From Candidatus Elulimicrobium sp. (GTDB lineage: Bacteria > Omnitrophota > Gorgyraeia > Zapsychrales > Fredricksoniimonadaceae), in NCBI GenBank assembly GCA_020720365.1, contig DYOU01000007.1, positions 1 to 57,715 of the forward strand: a stretch of 57,715 nucleotides of DNA, read 5' to 3'. Every line of letters begins with the position of its first letter. Within the stretch, counting starts at the first letter, position 1. The notes under the pieces were generated by a model that saw only the letters and a program-made list of their open reading frames with translations, had not been told where the DNA came from and did not search any database. Below are positions 46,095-55,993 of the stretch, piece after piece. The translations under genes and the position numbers were made by a program.

Positions 46095-47018
46095 ATGAGC
46101 TCTGAGCATCGTTCCAACATTCTTCTTGAAGCTCAAACCAGTGAGCTGGAGATCGTTGAATTCTCTGTAGGGGAAGCGGTGTACGGTATTAATGTGGCCA
46201 AGGTGAAAGAGATCATTAAGGCCAGTTTAACGCTTGTTCAGGTGCCTGATGCTCATCCGTCGATTGCGGGTGCCATTAATTTGCGCGGTGCTATTATTCC
46301 AGTTGTAGACCTGTCCCATCATTTAAAGATAAAAACAATCGCAGACCTTAAAAAGAGCCGGATCATTATTGCCGAGTTTAATCGTATTGTATTGGGATTT
46401 TTAGTGAGCGGTGTGGCCCGAATTCACCGGATCTCTTGGAAATCGGTTGAAGTGCCGTCTCAAATGCTGGTTACAACGGAAGGTTATGCTTCAGGGATTG
46501 TTCGAATTGAAAAGAAAGTTATTTTTCTTCTGGATTTTGAAAAGATTGCATTCCATATTAATCCGAATGTTCATATCCTTTCTCCGAAAGGAGGGGAGTA
46601 TGGCGGGTCTTCTGTTGACCGCGGGTCAAAGCGGATCCTGGTGGTCGATGATTCGGATCTGGTGCGTAAGCTGATCGTGGGGCATTTGAATTCGGCAGGG
46701 TATCAAACGGATACCGCTACAAATGGGGTAGAGGCATTGGATAAACTACAAACCTTCGCCGGACGTTCTGATTTTACGTCGATCGATCAGTTTTATCATT
46801 TGATGGTAACGGATATTGAAATGCCTCAGATGGATGGACTTCATCTGATCAAAAAGGTGAAAGAAGATGTCAAATTGCGAAACTTGCCGTGTATTGCTTT
46901 TTCGTCAATTATGTCGAAAGAAATGATCCGTCAATGTCAGTCTTGTGGAGCTGATGGAGAAATATCCAAGCCTGAGATCGCAGAACTGGTCGGACTTGTG
47001 GATGCGAAGGCGTTATAA
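46095..47018 (+). CDS. cheV: Chemotaxis protein CheV (CheW + receiver)
   Basis: ILLE...ELEIVEF, YGINVAKVKEI, LRG.IIPVVDL and receiver VDDS..VTDIEMPQMDG..FSS..SKP. Confidence 0.92.
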   Translation: MSSEHRSNILLEAQTSELEIVEFSVGEAVYGINVAKVKEIIKASLTLVQVPDAHPSIAGAINLRGAIIPVVDLSHHLKIKTIADLKKSRIIIAEFNRIVLGFLVSGVARIHRISWKSVEVPSQMLVTTEGYASGIVRIEKKVIFLLDFEKIAFHINPNVHILSPKGGEYGGSSVDRGSKRILVVDDSDLVRKLIVGHLNSAGYQTDTATNGVEALDKLQTFAGRSDFTSIDQFYHLMVTDIEMPQMDGLHLIKKVKEDVKLRNLPCIAFSSIMSKEMIRQCQSCGADGEISKPEIAELVGLVDAKAL

Positions 47019-47068
47019 ATTTTGCCTCAAATGGATTTTTTTAATAACAGATGAACAGAGGGGGTAGC

Positions 47069-48760
47069 ATGCTGGATAATATTCAAATAGGGGTAAAGCT
47101 TATCGCAGGTTTTTTGTTAGTGGCCTTGATTGCGCTTTGTGTGGGTGTCATCGGTTATTATGGAATGTCCGTTATTTCTAATCAGTTAAAGTTTGTTGGC
47201 ATTGACAAAGTTTCTGACATTGAGGCATTGGGGGATTTGAATGAACAGCAAATGGCAATACGAGTAGGAACATTGAGTGTTTATCAGTATGAATTTAAAG
47301 ACAGCGCTCAGGAAGATTTTCGCAGAATTATCGAGGCTCGTCAGGAGAGTTGGAAGATTGTTGATGATGCCTGGAAGCGGTTGATTGAAGTCCCCAGAGA
47401 CGATCAGAAGGAACGGGATTTGATCCAGCGATTAAAAGGTGAATATGAAGCGTGGCGGGCTGCTTATGTAAGGCTTGACGCGAGTATTCTTGAATTGACA
47501 TCAACCACCGCTGATAATAAAAAGGCTGTTTTTGAGAAATACCGTTTGCAGGTCAAGGAAATGATCCATTTGTCGGAGGCCATGGGGAAGACTTTGGATG
47601 AGGTAACAGTGAATAATGCAGCAGCGACAAAGAATCTGGTTGAAAAAAATCTTGCGGCGATGGTTCGGTTGAAGTTGATTCTTGTGGTTTCCATTATTAT
47701 GGGGCTATTTTTGTCAATTATGTTTGGTTTTTATTTCAGTGGATCTATTACGGGTCCTATGGCTTCGAGCGTGAGGGTGATGGAGTCAATGGCCGGTGGA
47801 GATTTAACGCAGAGGCTGGATATGAATCGTGCGGATGAAATTGGTGTGATGGCAAAAACAATGGATACTTTTTCTGACAAGTTATCCAGTATGATGGGAC
47901 AGATCAGTTTGAATGCGGATCAGCTTTTGGGGGCGACCCATGAAGTATCTTCGAGCTCTCAGCAGATCGCTGACGGGGCTCAACAGCAGTCAGCTTCGTT
48001 TGAAGAGTTGTCTTCTTCAGTACAGGCGAATGCCGAAAATGCCCGGAGTGCGAATGGGATCGCCCAGGACGCGTCCAAGGAAGCTCAGGAAGCGGGTCAG
48101 GCTATGGACAATACAGTAGAGGCTATCAGCGGTATTGAGAAGGGTTCAAAGCAGATGGCAGATGCTGTTGAATTGATCACGGATATCGCGGATCAGACGA
48201 ATCTTTTAGCGTTGAATGCGGCTATTGAAGCGGCGCGTGCCGGTGAGCATGGCAAGGGCTTCGCGGTTGTCGCGGATGAAGTCCGTCAGCTGGCTGAGCG
48301 CAGTTCTACATCGGCTAAAGAGATCCAGAATCTGATCAAGGATAATTTGAGGCAGGTTGAGAATGGTGTCAAGATCTCAAAAGAAGCCGGAGCGAAGACT
48401 AAAAATATTTCTGTCAGTATCAAGAAGATCGCTGAACAGTTGATCGCTGTAGCTAATGCTACTCAGGAGCAGGCCGCGGCCATGGAAGAAAATACATCTA
48501 TTACAGAATCCAACGCGTCTGCCGCTGAACAGCTGGCATCTGCCTCTGAACAGATGACGTCCCAGGCGGAAGGTTTGCGTAACCTTGTAGCGCAGTTCAG
48601 GACCAATTCCTCGGGTGCATCTTTTCATGCGGCTCCGGCGGTTGAAAAACGTACGAGTCATTCGACTCCTGTGAAGAAAACAGCCCCTGTGGTTAAGAAG
48701 AGCGGGAGGCCTATAGAGAGATCGGGTAGTAATAAAGAAGAAGGCTTAAGGATCGGATAA
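47069..48760 (+). CDS. Methyl-accepting chemotaxis protein (4HB sensor, HAMP)
   Basis: Two TM helices, GDLTQR..DEIG HAMP and [34 protein letters not shown]. Confidence 0.95.
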   Translation: MLDNIQIGVKLIAGFLLVALIALCVGVIGYYGMSVISNQLKFVGIDKVSDIEALGDLNEQQMAIRVGTLSVYQYEFKDSAQEDFRRIIEARQESWKIVDDAWKRLIEVPRDDQKERDLIQRLKGEYEAWRAAYVRLDASILELTSTTADNKKAVFEKYRLQVKEMIHLSEAMGKTLDEVTVNNAAATKNLVEKNLAAMVRLKLILVVSIIMGLFLSIMFGFYFSGSITGPMASSVRVMESMAGGDLTQRLDMNRADEIGVMAKTMDTFSDKLSSMMGQISLNADQLLGATHEVSSSSQQIADGAQQQSASFEELSSSVQANAENARSANGIAQDASKEAQEAGQAMDNTVEAISGIEKGSKQMADAVELITDIADQTNLLALNAAIEAARAGEHGKGFAVVADEVRQLAERSSTSAKEIQNLIKDNLRQVENGVKISKEAGAKTKNISVSIKKIAEQLIAVANATQEQAAAMEENTSITESNASAAEQLASASEQMTSQAEGLRNLVAQFRTNSSGASFHAAPAVEKRTSHSTPVKKTAPVVKKSGRPIERSGSNKEEGLRIG

Positions 48761-48779
48761 TCGTATTGAGGGAGGGAGC

Positions 48780-49169
48780 ATGGAACGTCGTCAATACATG
48801 AGGGTAAGCGGGAAGCATCTGGTGCGGCATGAGCAGTTCACTATCCCGAGGGGTACGGAGGTTCGGGAAAACAGGGCCAAAAATATCAGTGCGAACGGAC
48901 TTTTGTTTGAGTCATCCGTAAAATATAATATGGGTGTTATTCTTCGGCTGGAGCTTCTGGTCATGGGGATTAACAAGTTCAAGACAGAATTCTATAAACA
49001 TGAACGGCTTTCTAATACAGAGCCGTTCATTGTTTTAGGGAAAGTGGTCCGTGTAGAAATGGTCTATGAGGGGCTTTATGATATTGGGGTGAGTTTAGTG
49101 GGATTGGATTATTTATTCCAGAAGGCTCTCACAAAATATATTGATCATCAATTAAATCAGAATCCCTGA
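48780..49169 (+). CDS. PilZ domain protein
   Basis: ERRQYMR, NISANG, GKVVRV and YDIGV. Confidence 0.85.
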   Translation: MERRQYMRVSGKHLVRHEQFTIPRGTEVRENRAKNISANGLLFESSVKYNMGVILRLELLVMGINKFKTEFYKHERLSNTEPFIVLGKVVRVEMVYEGLYDIGVSLVGLDYLFQKALTKYIDHQLNQNP

Positions 49170-49179
49170 GGGTTGGTTT

Positions 49180-49983
49180 ATGAGTGAGCAAGCGATAGAC
49201 AAGAAAAATGGGCCGGAAGGCAGCTTTGATCGTGTTATTCAGTTGATCAGCGAGTGTGTTGTGATCAAAGCCCAGTTACAGCAGTTCATGAGTGACCTGG
49301 ATGGGGAGAAACAGAAATCACGCGCAGTCACTTTAAAAATGAACGAGATCGTTCAAGGTCTTCAGAATGTCCAGAAGGGTGTGGATATTCAAAAGATTTT
49401 AGGGCTGGTGCTGAAGGATTCGGAGGGTTTATATGAAGTCCTTCATTCAAGTCGTTTAGGACCGGTGATCGTCTCTATGGATGAAGCTGTGGCCCGCTTC
49501 AGTAAGGTAATGGGGGATCTTCAGCATGAGTTGGTGACTATGGATCTTGGGGCATCGGCTATTTCTATTATGCAGGTGCTTTTGGTCAAGATCGATGGTG
49601 AGATCTATGCTATTCCGATCGAGGCGGTGTTGGAGATATTCAAGGTGAAAAAGAATGATATTCATTCTGTAGACGGAAATGACACGGTTTCCTTGCGCGG
49701 GCATGCGTTGGGTGTGGTAAATGTCGGACAGGTTTTAGGAATGCCGAATGCCAAAACGAAAGACCTGGTAGACCGTAAGGTGGTTGTTATTACGGATTCG
49801 GCACAACAAATCGGTGTGATCGTGGATGAATTGTTGGGAGAGGAAAGTGTGGTCTTCAAGGATCTTCCTGTGCAGTTAAGGGGGATGAAAGGGCTTCGCG
49901 GGGCATCTATTTTAGGCGATGGGCGTGTGGGACTTATCATTGATTCGGCCATGCTGATCAGTATGGCTGGCGGCAAGGAGTGA
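49180..49983 (+). CDS. Truncated CheA-like protein (P3 dimerisation + P5 only)
   Basis: FDRVIQLISECVVIKAQL..FSKVMGDLQHELVTM (P3-like) joins to ISIMQVLLVK..YAIP..GASILGDGRVGLIID (P5). No HPt or ATPase motifs. Confidence 0.8.
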   Translation: MSEQAIDKKNGPEGSFDRVIQLISECVVIKAQLQQFMSDLDGEKQKSRAVTLKMNEIVQGLQNVQKGVDIQKILGLVLKDSEGLYEVLHSSRLGPVIVSMDEAVARFSKVMGDLQHELVTMDLGASAISIMQVLLVKIDGEIYAIPIEAVLEIFKVKKNDIHSVDGNDTVSLRGHALGVVNVGQVLGMPNAKTKDLVDRKVVVITDSAQQIGVIVDELLGEESVVFKDLPVQLRGMKGLRGASILGDGRVGLIIDSAMLISMAGGKE

Positions 49984-49985
49984 CC

Positions 49986-50489
49986 ATGGCGACAGGTATA
50001 TCAGGGGTCTCAAAAGAGAATTCGATCGAGATTGTTCAGTTCGTTTGCTTTAAATTGGCGAATGAGGAATACGGGATCGATATTAACTGTGTGCAGGAAG
50101 TCCTTCGGCCGCAACAGATCACGCCTATGCCGCAAATGCCGGATTTTGTTTTAGGTGTGATGAACATTCGAGGGATCGTTGTGCCGGTATTTGATCTGCG
50201 TAGAAAATTGCATCTGGCGATGAAAGAGCTGGATGATTACAGCCGGATCATCCTGATCCAGTTAAACGGGGTCATGGGCAGTTATCTGGTTGATGAAGTG
50301 CTGGACAACATCAAGCTGGATGGATCCAAGATCGATCCAACGCCGGATGTTAAAATGTCGATCGCCAGGGATTGTGTGCGCGGGCTGGGAATGGTGGATA
50401 AACGTATCATTGTGATCATTGATCATCAGACAGTTGATGCATCTATATTAAAAGATATTCAGGAAAAACTGGTTTCTAAGCGGGGATGA
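49986..50489 (+). CDS. cheW: Chemotaxis protein CheW
   Basis: QFVCFKLANEEYGIDI..VQEV and GVMNIRG.VVPVFDLR. Confidence 0.92.
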   Translation: MATGISGVSKENSIEIVQFVCFKLANEEYGIDINCVQEVLRPQQITPMPQMPDFVLGVMNIRGIVVPVFDLRRKLHLAMKELDDYSRIILIQLNGVMGSYLVDEVLDNIKLDGSKIDPTPDVKMSIARDCVRGLGMVDKRIIVIIDHQTVDASILKDIQEKLVSKRG

Positions 50490-50493
50490 ATGT

Positions 50494-50964
50494 ATGGAAG
50501 ATCAGGACAAGTTCTTTCATCTGGTAACATTTGAAATGAACAAGGAAATGTTTGCGATCCCGATCATGAATATTCAGGAGATCATTCGCTGGACGGCCGT
50601 TGTTCCGATCCCGCAGTCTCCGGATTTCGTTGAAGGCGTGATTAATTTACGCAGTAAAGTGATCCCTGTAGTCAGTTTACAGAAGAGGTTTGCTTCCGCT
50701 TCTTTGAAAGGGGCGGTCGATGACAAGACGCGTATTGTGATCGCTGAATTTGGAGAGTTGGTCGTGGGTTTTATTGTGGACAGCGTGCACGAGGTGCTGA
50801 GGATCGATCGAAAGAATTTTGAGCCGACACCGGATATCGCTGTTGTGGCTGACCGCAGATGCGTGAAAGGGATCGTTAAGCAGGACAAAAGCATGATCAT
50901 GGTCCTTGACCTGGAGGGCATGTTCTCCAAGGACGAAGCGGATATCCTCAAAGACGCCCGTTAG
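50494..50964 (+). CDS. cheW: Chemotaxis protein CheW
   Basis: LVTFEM..E.FAIPI..IQEI, EGVINLRSKVIPVV and GFIVDSV.EV. Confidence 0.92.
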   Translation: MEDQDKFFHLVTFEMNKEMFAIPIMNIQEIIRWTAVVPIPQSPDFVEGVINLRSKVIPVVSLQKRFASASLKGAVDDKTRIVIAEFGELVVGFIVDSVHEVLRIDRKNFEPTPDIAVVADRRCVKGIVKQDKSMIMVLDLEGMFSKDEADILKDAR

Positions 50965-51035
50965 CCCTTCAAAATTCTCTTGCGCCTCAATAAATAATTG
51001 TTATTATACGTACAATTAATGACTGAGGCTTATCC

Positions 51036-51665
51036 ATGTTAAGCTCTATCCAGGGCTTTCTTCAACGTTTGGCGGGATTCCCACTTCAAGGCTCATTGCG
51101 ACATAAAGCCTTTCAGGTGATCTCCATTTATCGTTCTTTGGATCAGGCGTCCGGTCTTTTTAAGGTTCAATCCGGGCTTCATTGCCCGTCTCATTGTGGC
51201 GCGTGTTGTTTTAGTTCAACAGTTGAGTGCAGTGAACTGGAAATGTTGCCGTTGGCTTTTGAACTTGTGCGTTTGTCTCAGGCCGATGAGTGGTACGCTC
51301 GGGCGGGGTTAAACGATAGTGTAGGCCGCTGTGCTTTTTATACATCACAGGACGGTAATGGTCGGTGTCATTTTTATGCCTATCGTCCTTTGGTGTGTCG
51401 CTTATTTGGTTATGCCGGGAATAATGATAAATATGGCCGATTACGTTTGATCACATGCAGGGTGCTAAAAGAAGACTATTCGGATCAGACAGAAGCTGTA
51501 TTGGAAAAGGTTTATAAGGGGGAGTTGATCCCGCCGGTCATGTCTGATCTGGTGATGCGGGTTTCATCGGTGGACCCTTGGATGTCACGGGAGATCCAGC
51601 CGATTAATTTGGCGTTCAGGAAAGCGCTTGAACGGGTGTTGTTAAACAATAAGTTTGTCCGTTAA
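51036..51665 (+). CDS. YkgJ/FliB-family cysteine-cluster (CxxCxxCC-type) protein
   Basis: CPSHCGACC, CAFY and CHFYAYRPLVCRLFG. Confidence 0.88.
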   Translation: MLSSIQGFLQRLAGFPLQGSLRHKAFQVISIYRSLDQASGLFKVQSGLHCPSHCGACCFSSTVECSELEMLPLAFELVRLSQADEWYARAGLNDSVGRCAFYTSQDGNGRCHFYAYRPLVCRLFGYAGNNDKYGRLRLITCRVLKEDYSDQTEAVLEKVYKGELIPPVMSDLVMRVSSVDPWMSREIQPINLAFRKALERVLLNNKFVR

Positions 51666-51680
51666 AGGAAATGAGAGTCT

Positions 51681-53432
51681 ATGCCGTCTTACCATATGAT
51701 CGATAATAAAATTATTATTCAGATGCATGAGAATATCTGCGATACAGCAGCCGAGATCCTTGATAGTGATCTTTTTAATGGGATCGTGACCGCCGCTTTT
51801 CAGAAATTGAGCCGGAGGAATTCTATTTTACTGGATGTATTCAGCCGTAGGGATGTTGGCCCGCAAGAGATCCGGGAGTTTATTGAAACATTAAAACTTT
51901 TGATCAAGATGCCGACCGCGCAGGCCCGGCAGGCTTCAGCTTCAGCCGATACTCTATTGAGAAATGTTTCTCATTTTAATGATCTTATTGAATATTTATA
52001 TAATTTCTGGCGCAGTTTTGACCGGTTTATTATTACGGATCAGAAGCAGTGTCAGGACTGTGATAAGAAACCTTATCGCACTTTTAATTTAACGATCGGT
52101 CATTTGACCAATCTGATCCGTGGAATGTACCGGGATATCCAGGAAAATGTTACCGGTCAACATCCGCGCATTTATCGTCAGGTAGCGGCGGGCGGTGAAG
52201 TCGCGACGATCGCTGTCAAGCAATCCGTTCCTCTGCCGCCAGAATATGCCGAGTTGAACAAGATCCCTATGATCCGTCAGATGCTTCTTTATCCTCCGTT
52301 GATCCTTCAGCCGTCAATGAATAAACGGACCGGGCGGATCGAGCCGGTAGGAGAAAGCCCTATCAAAGGTTTAACTTTTCATTCAGCTGACTGGTTATGC
52401 TATCCGGCGAAAGTAGGAGAGCTTGTTATTTTGGTATATTTTCATAATGCTTATGCCGAGTTAGGGCATTCGTTGTGTAATTTGTTTGAGATGGCAAGTG
52501 ATGAAGATCTGAAGCGTCAGCCTGATGGGGTGTATGCTTATGGCGTTCCGCCGGAATCATTAGATCGGTTCAAGAGCGGGCAGGTGTTTTATGATGATCA
52601 GCAGAATAATATTCTTGTTGCGGCGATCCCTTTGAAGTTGGAGTTCGGATATTTTGGTTATGTAAAGAAAATGATCCTGACGTTACATAACGTGATTATG
52701 ATGAAGCGCGGGCGGCTGCCTTTTCATGGGGCGATGGTGCGTTTGATCCTGAAAGGGGATATTGACCGCAATCTTTTATTTATTGGTGATACCGGGGCGG
52801 GAAAATCCGAGACGCTTGAAGCCCTGCGCGGGATCGGGGGAGATGTTATTCAGGATCTCATTATTATTGCCGACGACATGGGGTCTATTCAGTTGGAGAG
52901 TAATGGAGATGTGCTTGGTTATGGAACCGAGATCGGGGCATTCTTGCGCCTGGATGACCTTCAGCCTGGATATGCTCTGGGCCAGATTGATCGTGCGATC
53001 ATTATGAGCGCGAATCAGGTGAATGCCCGGATCATTATCCCTGTGACGACTTTTGAGAATATCATTAAGGGGCAAAAGATCGATTTTGTCTTGTACGCCA
53101 ACAATTATGACGGTATCGACGATGATCATCCGATCCTTGAAAGATTCAAGACTCCGGAGGCGGCTATGGCTGTTTTTCGTGAAGGAACGGCGATGAGCAA
53201 AGGGACCACAACGTCAACGGGGTTGAATCATTCGTATTATGCGAATGTATTCGGACCGGCTCAGTTCAAGGAAATGCATGAACCTTTGGCGAAGAAGTAT
53301 TTCGAAGCTTTTTTTAACAAGAATATTTTCGTAGGGCAGATGCGCAGTCGTTTGGGTCTTGAAGGTTGGGAGCGTAAAGGCCCTGAGGAAGCGGCCAAAG
53401 AACTTTTACGTGTTATTCAGAACAAGGTTTGA
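51681..53432 (+). CDS. Divergent PEP-carboxykinase-like P-loop protein
   Basis: YFGYVKKM, LPFHGAMV, GDTGAGKSETLE and IIADDMG parallel the PEPCK K/H/Walker A/DD motifs. The N-terminal region differs from PckA. Confidence 0.7.
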   Translation: MPSYHMIDNKIIIQMHENICDTAAEILDSDLFNGIVTAAFQKLSRRNSILLDVFSRRDVGPQEIREFIETLKLLIKMPTAQARQASASADTLLRNVSHFNDLIEYLYNFWRSFDRFIITDQKQCQDCDKKPYRTFNLTIGHLTNLIRGMYRDIQENVTGQHPRIYRQVAAGGEVATIAVKQSVPLPPEYAELNKIPMIRQMLLYPPLILQPSMNKRTGRIEPVGESPIKGLTFHSADWLCYPAKVGELVILVYFHNAYAELGHSLCNLFEMASDEDLKRQPDGVYAYGVPPESLDRFKSGQVFYDDQQNNILVAAIPLKLEFGYFGYVKKMILTLHNVIMMKRGRLPFHGAMVRLILKGDIDRNLLFIGDTGAGKSETLEALRGIGGDVIQDLIIIADDMGSIQLESNGDVLGYGTEIGAFLRLDDLQPGYALGQIDRAIIMSANQVNARIIIPVTTFENIIKGQKIDFVLYANNYDGIDDDHPILERFKTPEAAMAVFREGTAMSKGTTTSTGLNHSYYANVFGPAQFKEMHEPLAKKYFEAFFNKNIFVGQMRSRLGLEGWERKGPEEAAKELLRVIQNKV

Positions 53433-53447
53433 TCAAGGAATGATCAT

Positions 53448-54818
53448 TTGAAAAAAAAAGCGGCTATTTTTTGTTGTTGTATTATTGTTTTGGCTGTTGG
53501 TAGTATTTGTTTTAATAATGGTTTTCCTCGATGGAGCTGGCAGGGCCATAGACGGCCAGTGGATATTAACTTTCATTTTGATCCTGATTCAGTCAATGAA
53601 TGTGTTGTCAAAGCGGGTGGACGGACGATAGAGATGAAACGCGTCTCAGGCCGTTGGCTGGCCGCTCATCTTTTTGATGGCATTCCGATAGATCAATCTT
53701 TTATCCCGAATTATCTTTCTTCTTTAAAACAGGTTAAACTGACAGAATTTTCTGACAGTGTTCATTTTGATCCAGCCTTCGGCTTACAGGTTAAGGCGGA
53801 TGTGGAAATGATCCTTTCTGGTGAAGGAACGGTACAGGAACATCTTGTTTTTTCCTTCAAGGATGTTGAGCCTGGAAAAGTTTTTATTTATCGGCAGGGG
53901 GTTCCGGGAGTATTTCTTTGTGATGAGAATATTTTGCATTCTTTCGGTGTCGGAGCTGGCCGTTTAAATGGGTTAAGCGTGGATCCCTGGCTGGACAAGA
54001 GGCCTGCGGATATCGACGTTTCAGCTGTGGCGGCACTCATTATTCGGGAGAAGGGAAAGGTTCATGCAAACCTTAGAAGAGATGCTGTTGACCATAGGTG
54101 GCATTTTGCGAAAGGATATTTGTATGCGGTTGATATTCAGCGTGTGCAGAGTTATGTGCAGATGGTCAATGGCTTGCAGGGGATAGAGCTTGTTCCGGCA
54201 CAGGACGTAGCGTGGACGCCTAAAGATTGGACGTTGACACTGACGTTTAATAATGGCACGGCGACCGTATTACGGCGGGTTCAGGACGATCAGGAGAATT
54301 TTTATTTGCATGCCGAAGGGCGCCCTTTTGCGGTCAAGGTTTCTGCGAATCATTTTCATGCGTTTGATCATAATGACGGATCTTTCTTTGCGGATAATCC
54401 TTTGGGGATTGATCATGGCCTTCTGAGGGATATCCGGTTTAATCGAGTGAAGGCGAAGGTCAAGGGCCTGGTCTCTCGGGAAGCAGAAGGCAGTATCTGG
54501 AAGAATTCCAGGAAAGAAGTTGTGGGACTTGATGCTATTGTTGAGTTTATTGAGGCTGTTAAGAACCTTCGGTTGAAGACGGTTGTTCAGCCATTGAAGC
54601 GAACTGCGGAAATAATGAGCGTTGCTTTTCGTCAAGGGAATATCTGGCGCGAACTTCGTTTGCGTGATTCTTTAATCTTACCGGATAAGGACGTCTGCTA
54701 TCCGGTTTCTTTTGATCAAGACCCGAAAACCTATTGTTTGGATTCTGTTCATGCCGGCAGGCTGGTGGCGGGTATATCTGCTTTAGTGCCAGCAAAGCCG
54801 CAAGCTGAGCTCCCGTAA
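53448..54818 (+). CDS. DUF4340-like periplasmic repeat protein
   Basis: N-terminal anchor, repeated W......D....L..L..L modules, FGL and PWLDK. TTG start. Confidence 0.6.
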   Translation: MKKKAAIFCCCIIVLAVGSICFNNGFPRWSWQGHRRPVDINFHFDPDSVNECVVKAGGRTIEMKRVSGRWLAAHLFDGIPIDQSFIPNYLSSLKQVKLTEFSDSVHFDPAFGLQVKADVEMILSGEGTVQEHLVFSFKDVEPGKVFIYRQGVPGVFLCDENILHSFGVGAGRLNGLSVDPWLDKRPADIDVSAVAALIIREKGKVHANLRRDAVDHRWHFAKGYLYAVDIQRVQSYVQMVNGLQGIELVPAQDVAWTPKDWTLTLTFNNGTATVLRRVQDDQENFYLHAEGRPFAVKVSANHFHAFDHNDGSFFADNPLGIDHGLLRDIRFNRVKAKVKGLVSREAEGSIWKNSRKEVVGLDAIVEFIEAVKNLRLKTVVQPLKRTAEIMSVAFRQGNIWRELRLRDSLILPDKDVCYPVSFDQDPKTYCLDSVHAGRLVAGISALVPAKPQAELP

Positions 54819-54936
54819 TGATTGTAAATGCGCGCGGCGGCGTGTTACGCTCAGGGGATACTGGAGGTTCTTATCAAGACGGTGAAGCAGCAGGTTTTAT
54901 TGGCTTGTGTGGAGCAAAGGATCAGGCAGAGTTGAT

Positions 54937-55617
54937 ATGTTATTCCTGAAATTTATTCTTGCTTTTTGCAGCTTGTCGTATGAATTGATCCTGGCGCAGG
55001 GACTGGCGGCTTTTTTGGATAATACAGTATTGCGTTATTCAACGACGATTGGGCTGTATATGTTCATGATGGGGTTGGGTTCATTGGCGTCGGTGAAGAC
55101 GGATATACGTCGTCCGGCGATCTCGCTCTGGCAGACGGAGATCCTTCTGACATTAACAGGTGCGGCTGGAGTTGCCAGTTTTTTTATTTTTTCTGGCTGG
55201 GAAGCAGACATCTGGTTAATGATGACCTGGTCCTATTTTCTGGTAGCCTTGATCGGTTTTCTGACCGGACTGGAGTTGCCGCTCATGTTGATGATGGCGA
55301 CTGGGGACGAGAGGGGTCACCAACGGGTTATTTCAAGAGAGAGCCTGATCGCGGTTGATTATATAGGCTCTTTTGCGGCAGCGCTTGTTTTTGTGATCTG
55401 CTTTTACCCCTGGGCGGGGTTGATCCGCTCGGTGATGGCGGTTGCCTTTCTTAACGCTTTGGCAGCGGTATTTATTTCCAGCCGTTGGCGTGAAGATTTC
55501 GGGGAAGAAAAGCATATGGTCTGTCTGGCGTCACTGGTACTTTCTGGTGGAGCCTTCGCCTTATTATTGTTAAGCGGTTCATTGGAAACGTTGTTATTGA
55601 TGGTCTATGCGGGGTAA
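54937..55617 (+). CDS. Stand-alone membrane domain of the membrane-fused spermidine synthase family
   Basis: FCSLSYEL, YSTTIGLYMFMMGLGS, IGFLTGLELPL, DYIGS and FLNA. No catalytic domain. Confidence 0.8.
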   Translation: MLFLKFILAFCSLSYELILAQGLAAFLDNTVLRYSTTIGLYMFMMGLGSLASVKTDIRRPAISLWQTEILLTLTGAAGVASFFIFSGWEADIWLMMTWSYFLVALIGFLTGLELPLMLMMATGDERGHQRVISRESLIAVDYIGSFAAALVFVICFYPWAGLIRSVMAVAFLNALAAVFISSRWREDFGEEKHMVCLASLVLSGGAFALLLLSGSLETLLLMVYAG

Positions 55618-55624
55618 ACGTTGA

Positions 55625-55993
55625 ATGGATAGTAAAGAGCACTCTTTTGGTCAGCATTATCTGGTGGAATTTATCGATTGTCCGGCGGATAAATTGTGTT
55701 ATGTGGCTGATATCGAGCGATGCCTGCTTGAAGCGGCCCGTTTGAGCGGAGCTACGATATTGGAGTCGTTCTTTCATCAATTTGAACCGCAAGGTGTGAC
55801 AGGGGTTATTTTTATTGCGGAGTCACATTTTTCGATCCATACCTGGCCGGAATCGGGGTATGCCGCCTTTGATGTGTTGACCTGCGGTCATTCCATGATC
55901 CCTTCAAAAGCCATCGAGTATTTAAAACAGGAGTTACAGCCTTTGCGTGTGGAGGAGAGGGTTTTTACGCGCGGGTTTAACAGGTTAAAGTGA
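55625..55993 (+). CDS. speD: S-adenosylmethionine decarboxylase proenzyme
   Basis: GQHYLVE, HQFEPQGVTG, cleavage site AE|SHFSIHTWPE and DVLTCG. Confidence 0.95.
   Translation: MDSKEHSFGQHYLVEFIDCPADKLCYVADIERCLLEAARLSGATILESFFHQFEPQGVTGVIFIAESHFSIHTWPESGYAAFDVLTCGHSMIPSKAIEYLKQELQPLRVEERVFTRGFNRLK

Noticed and set aside
54866-54940. SAM-I riboswitch-like start (TTCTTATCAAGA) upstream of the speD operon
   Set aside because: It lacks the kink-turn/pseudoknot, GCAAC and GGUGC elements and a matching GAUAAG strand.
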